A stretch of 47,068 bases of DNA from Bacteroidales bacterium UBA1757 (GTDB taxonomy: Bacteria; Bacteroidota; Bacteroidia; Bacteroidales; UBA1402): NCBI GenBank assembly GCA_002315625.1, contig DCHH01000010.1:4768-51835 (forward strand). Reading direction: 5' to 3'. The notes under the pieces are model-generated. The model saw only the letters and a program-made list of their open reading frames with translations, was not told the origin of the DNA and made no database searches. Shown in pieces: positions 46,411 through 47,068 of this stretch (within the stretch, counting starts at the first letter, position 1; each line of letters starts with the position of its first letter). The position numbers and the translations under genes are program-made.

Positions 46411-47068
46411 ATGGTTAATTTCAAAGAACTCGGCCTGGTGAACACCAAGGAAATGTTTGCCAAGGCAGTAAAGGGCGGTTATGCAATCCCCGCTTTCAAT
46501 TTCAACAACATGGAACAGCTTCAGGCCATCGTAATGGCTGCTGCTGAGACCAAGTCACCGGTTATCCTTCAGGTTTCCAAGGGTGCCCGCAACTATGCTA
46601 ACCAGACCCTTCTCCGCTACATGGCAGAAGGTGCTGTGGAATATGCAAAGGAACTCGGTTGGGAAAAACCCGAAATCGTCCTTCACCTCGACCACGGTGA
46701 CAGTTTCGAGACCTGCAAGAGCTGCGTCGATATGGGTTTCTCGTCTGTCATGATTGATGCTTCTGCCCTTCCTTTCGAAGAGAACATTGCCCTGACCAAG
46801 AAGGTCGTTGAGTACGCTCACAAGTATGATGTTACCGTTGAAGCCGAACTGGGTGTCCTGGCCGGCGTTGAAGACGAAGTCTCAGCTGAAGAGTCTCACT
46901 ATACCCGTCCCGAAGAGGTTATCGAGTTTGCCACCAAGTCAGGTTGCGATTCTCTGGCCATCTCTATCGGTACCAGCCACGGTGCCTACAAGTTCAAACC
47001 CGAGCAATGCACCCGTGACGAGAAAACCGGTCGTTTGGTTCCCCCTCCATTGGCATTCGATGTATTGG
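46411..47068 (+). CDS. fba: Class II fructose-1,6-bisphosphate aldolase (partial, runs off window)
   Basis: Manual translation: MVNFKELGLVNTKEMF...AFNFNNME...LHLDHG...SSVMIDAS...VEAELG...LAISIGTSHGAYK. Confidence 0.96.
   Translation, partial: MVNFKELGLVNTKEMFAKAVKGGYAIPAFNFNNMEQLQAIVMAAAETKSPVILQVSKGARNYANQTLLRYMAEGAVEYAKELGWEKPEIVLHLDHGDSFETCKSCVDMGFSSVMIDASALPFEENIALTKKVVEYAHKYDVTVEAELGVLAGVEDEVSAEESHYTRPEEVIEFATKSGCDSLAISIGTSHGAYKFKPEQCTRDEKTGRLVPPPLAFDVL

Overview
A gene-dense, mostly housekeeping chromosomal region of a Bacteroidales (Bacteroidota) bacterium, judged from recurrent TAnnTT(T/C)G -7 promoter boxes, a PorQ-like gene and Bacteroides-type gene order. In order: parB (partial) and parA; a xylan-oligosaccharide-type set (SGNH acetylesterase, GH43, GPH/MFS transporter) split by an opposite-strand CsgG plus three-lipoprotein operon; potABCD; a TolC/HlyD/two-permease exporter; glgB; dsbD; an OMP plus S41 peptidase pair; a K+/H+ antiporter; a phosphatase; a CNNM protein; pyrE-SRPBCC-argH; DUF4861-folA-DUF1573-meaB; porQ-cmk-ispH; tonB-ispA-hypothetical-tatD-tRNA-Ser-exbB-hypothetical-exbD-exbD; ABC-F; queA; and fba (partial). 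I saw no integrase, transposase, prophage, CRISPR array or rRNA. The three most notable observations are: (1) the GPH/MFS transporter at 6781-8175 appears to have its helices rearranged in the order TM1-5, 8-11, 6-7, 12 within one intact ORF, and it lacks one cation-site Asp; (2) a curli-less CsgG/DUF4810/DUF799 envelope operon with an extra lipoprotein; (3) a ~165-bp palindrome-rich MITE-like insertion flanked by an 8-bp direct repeat in a 5' UTR. All family assignments come from motif recognition by eye; no searches were run.
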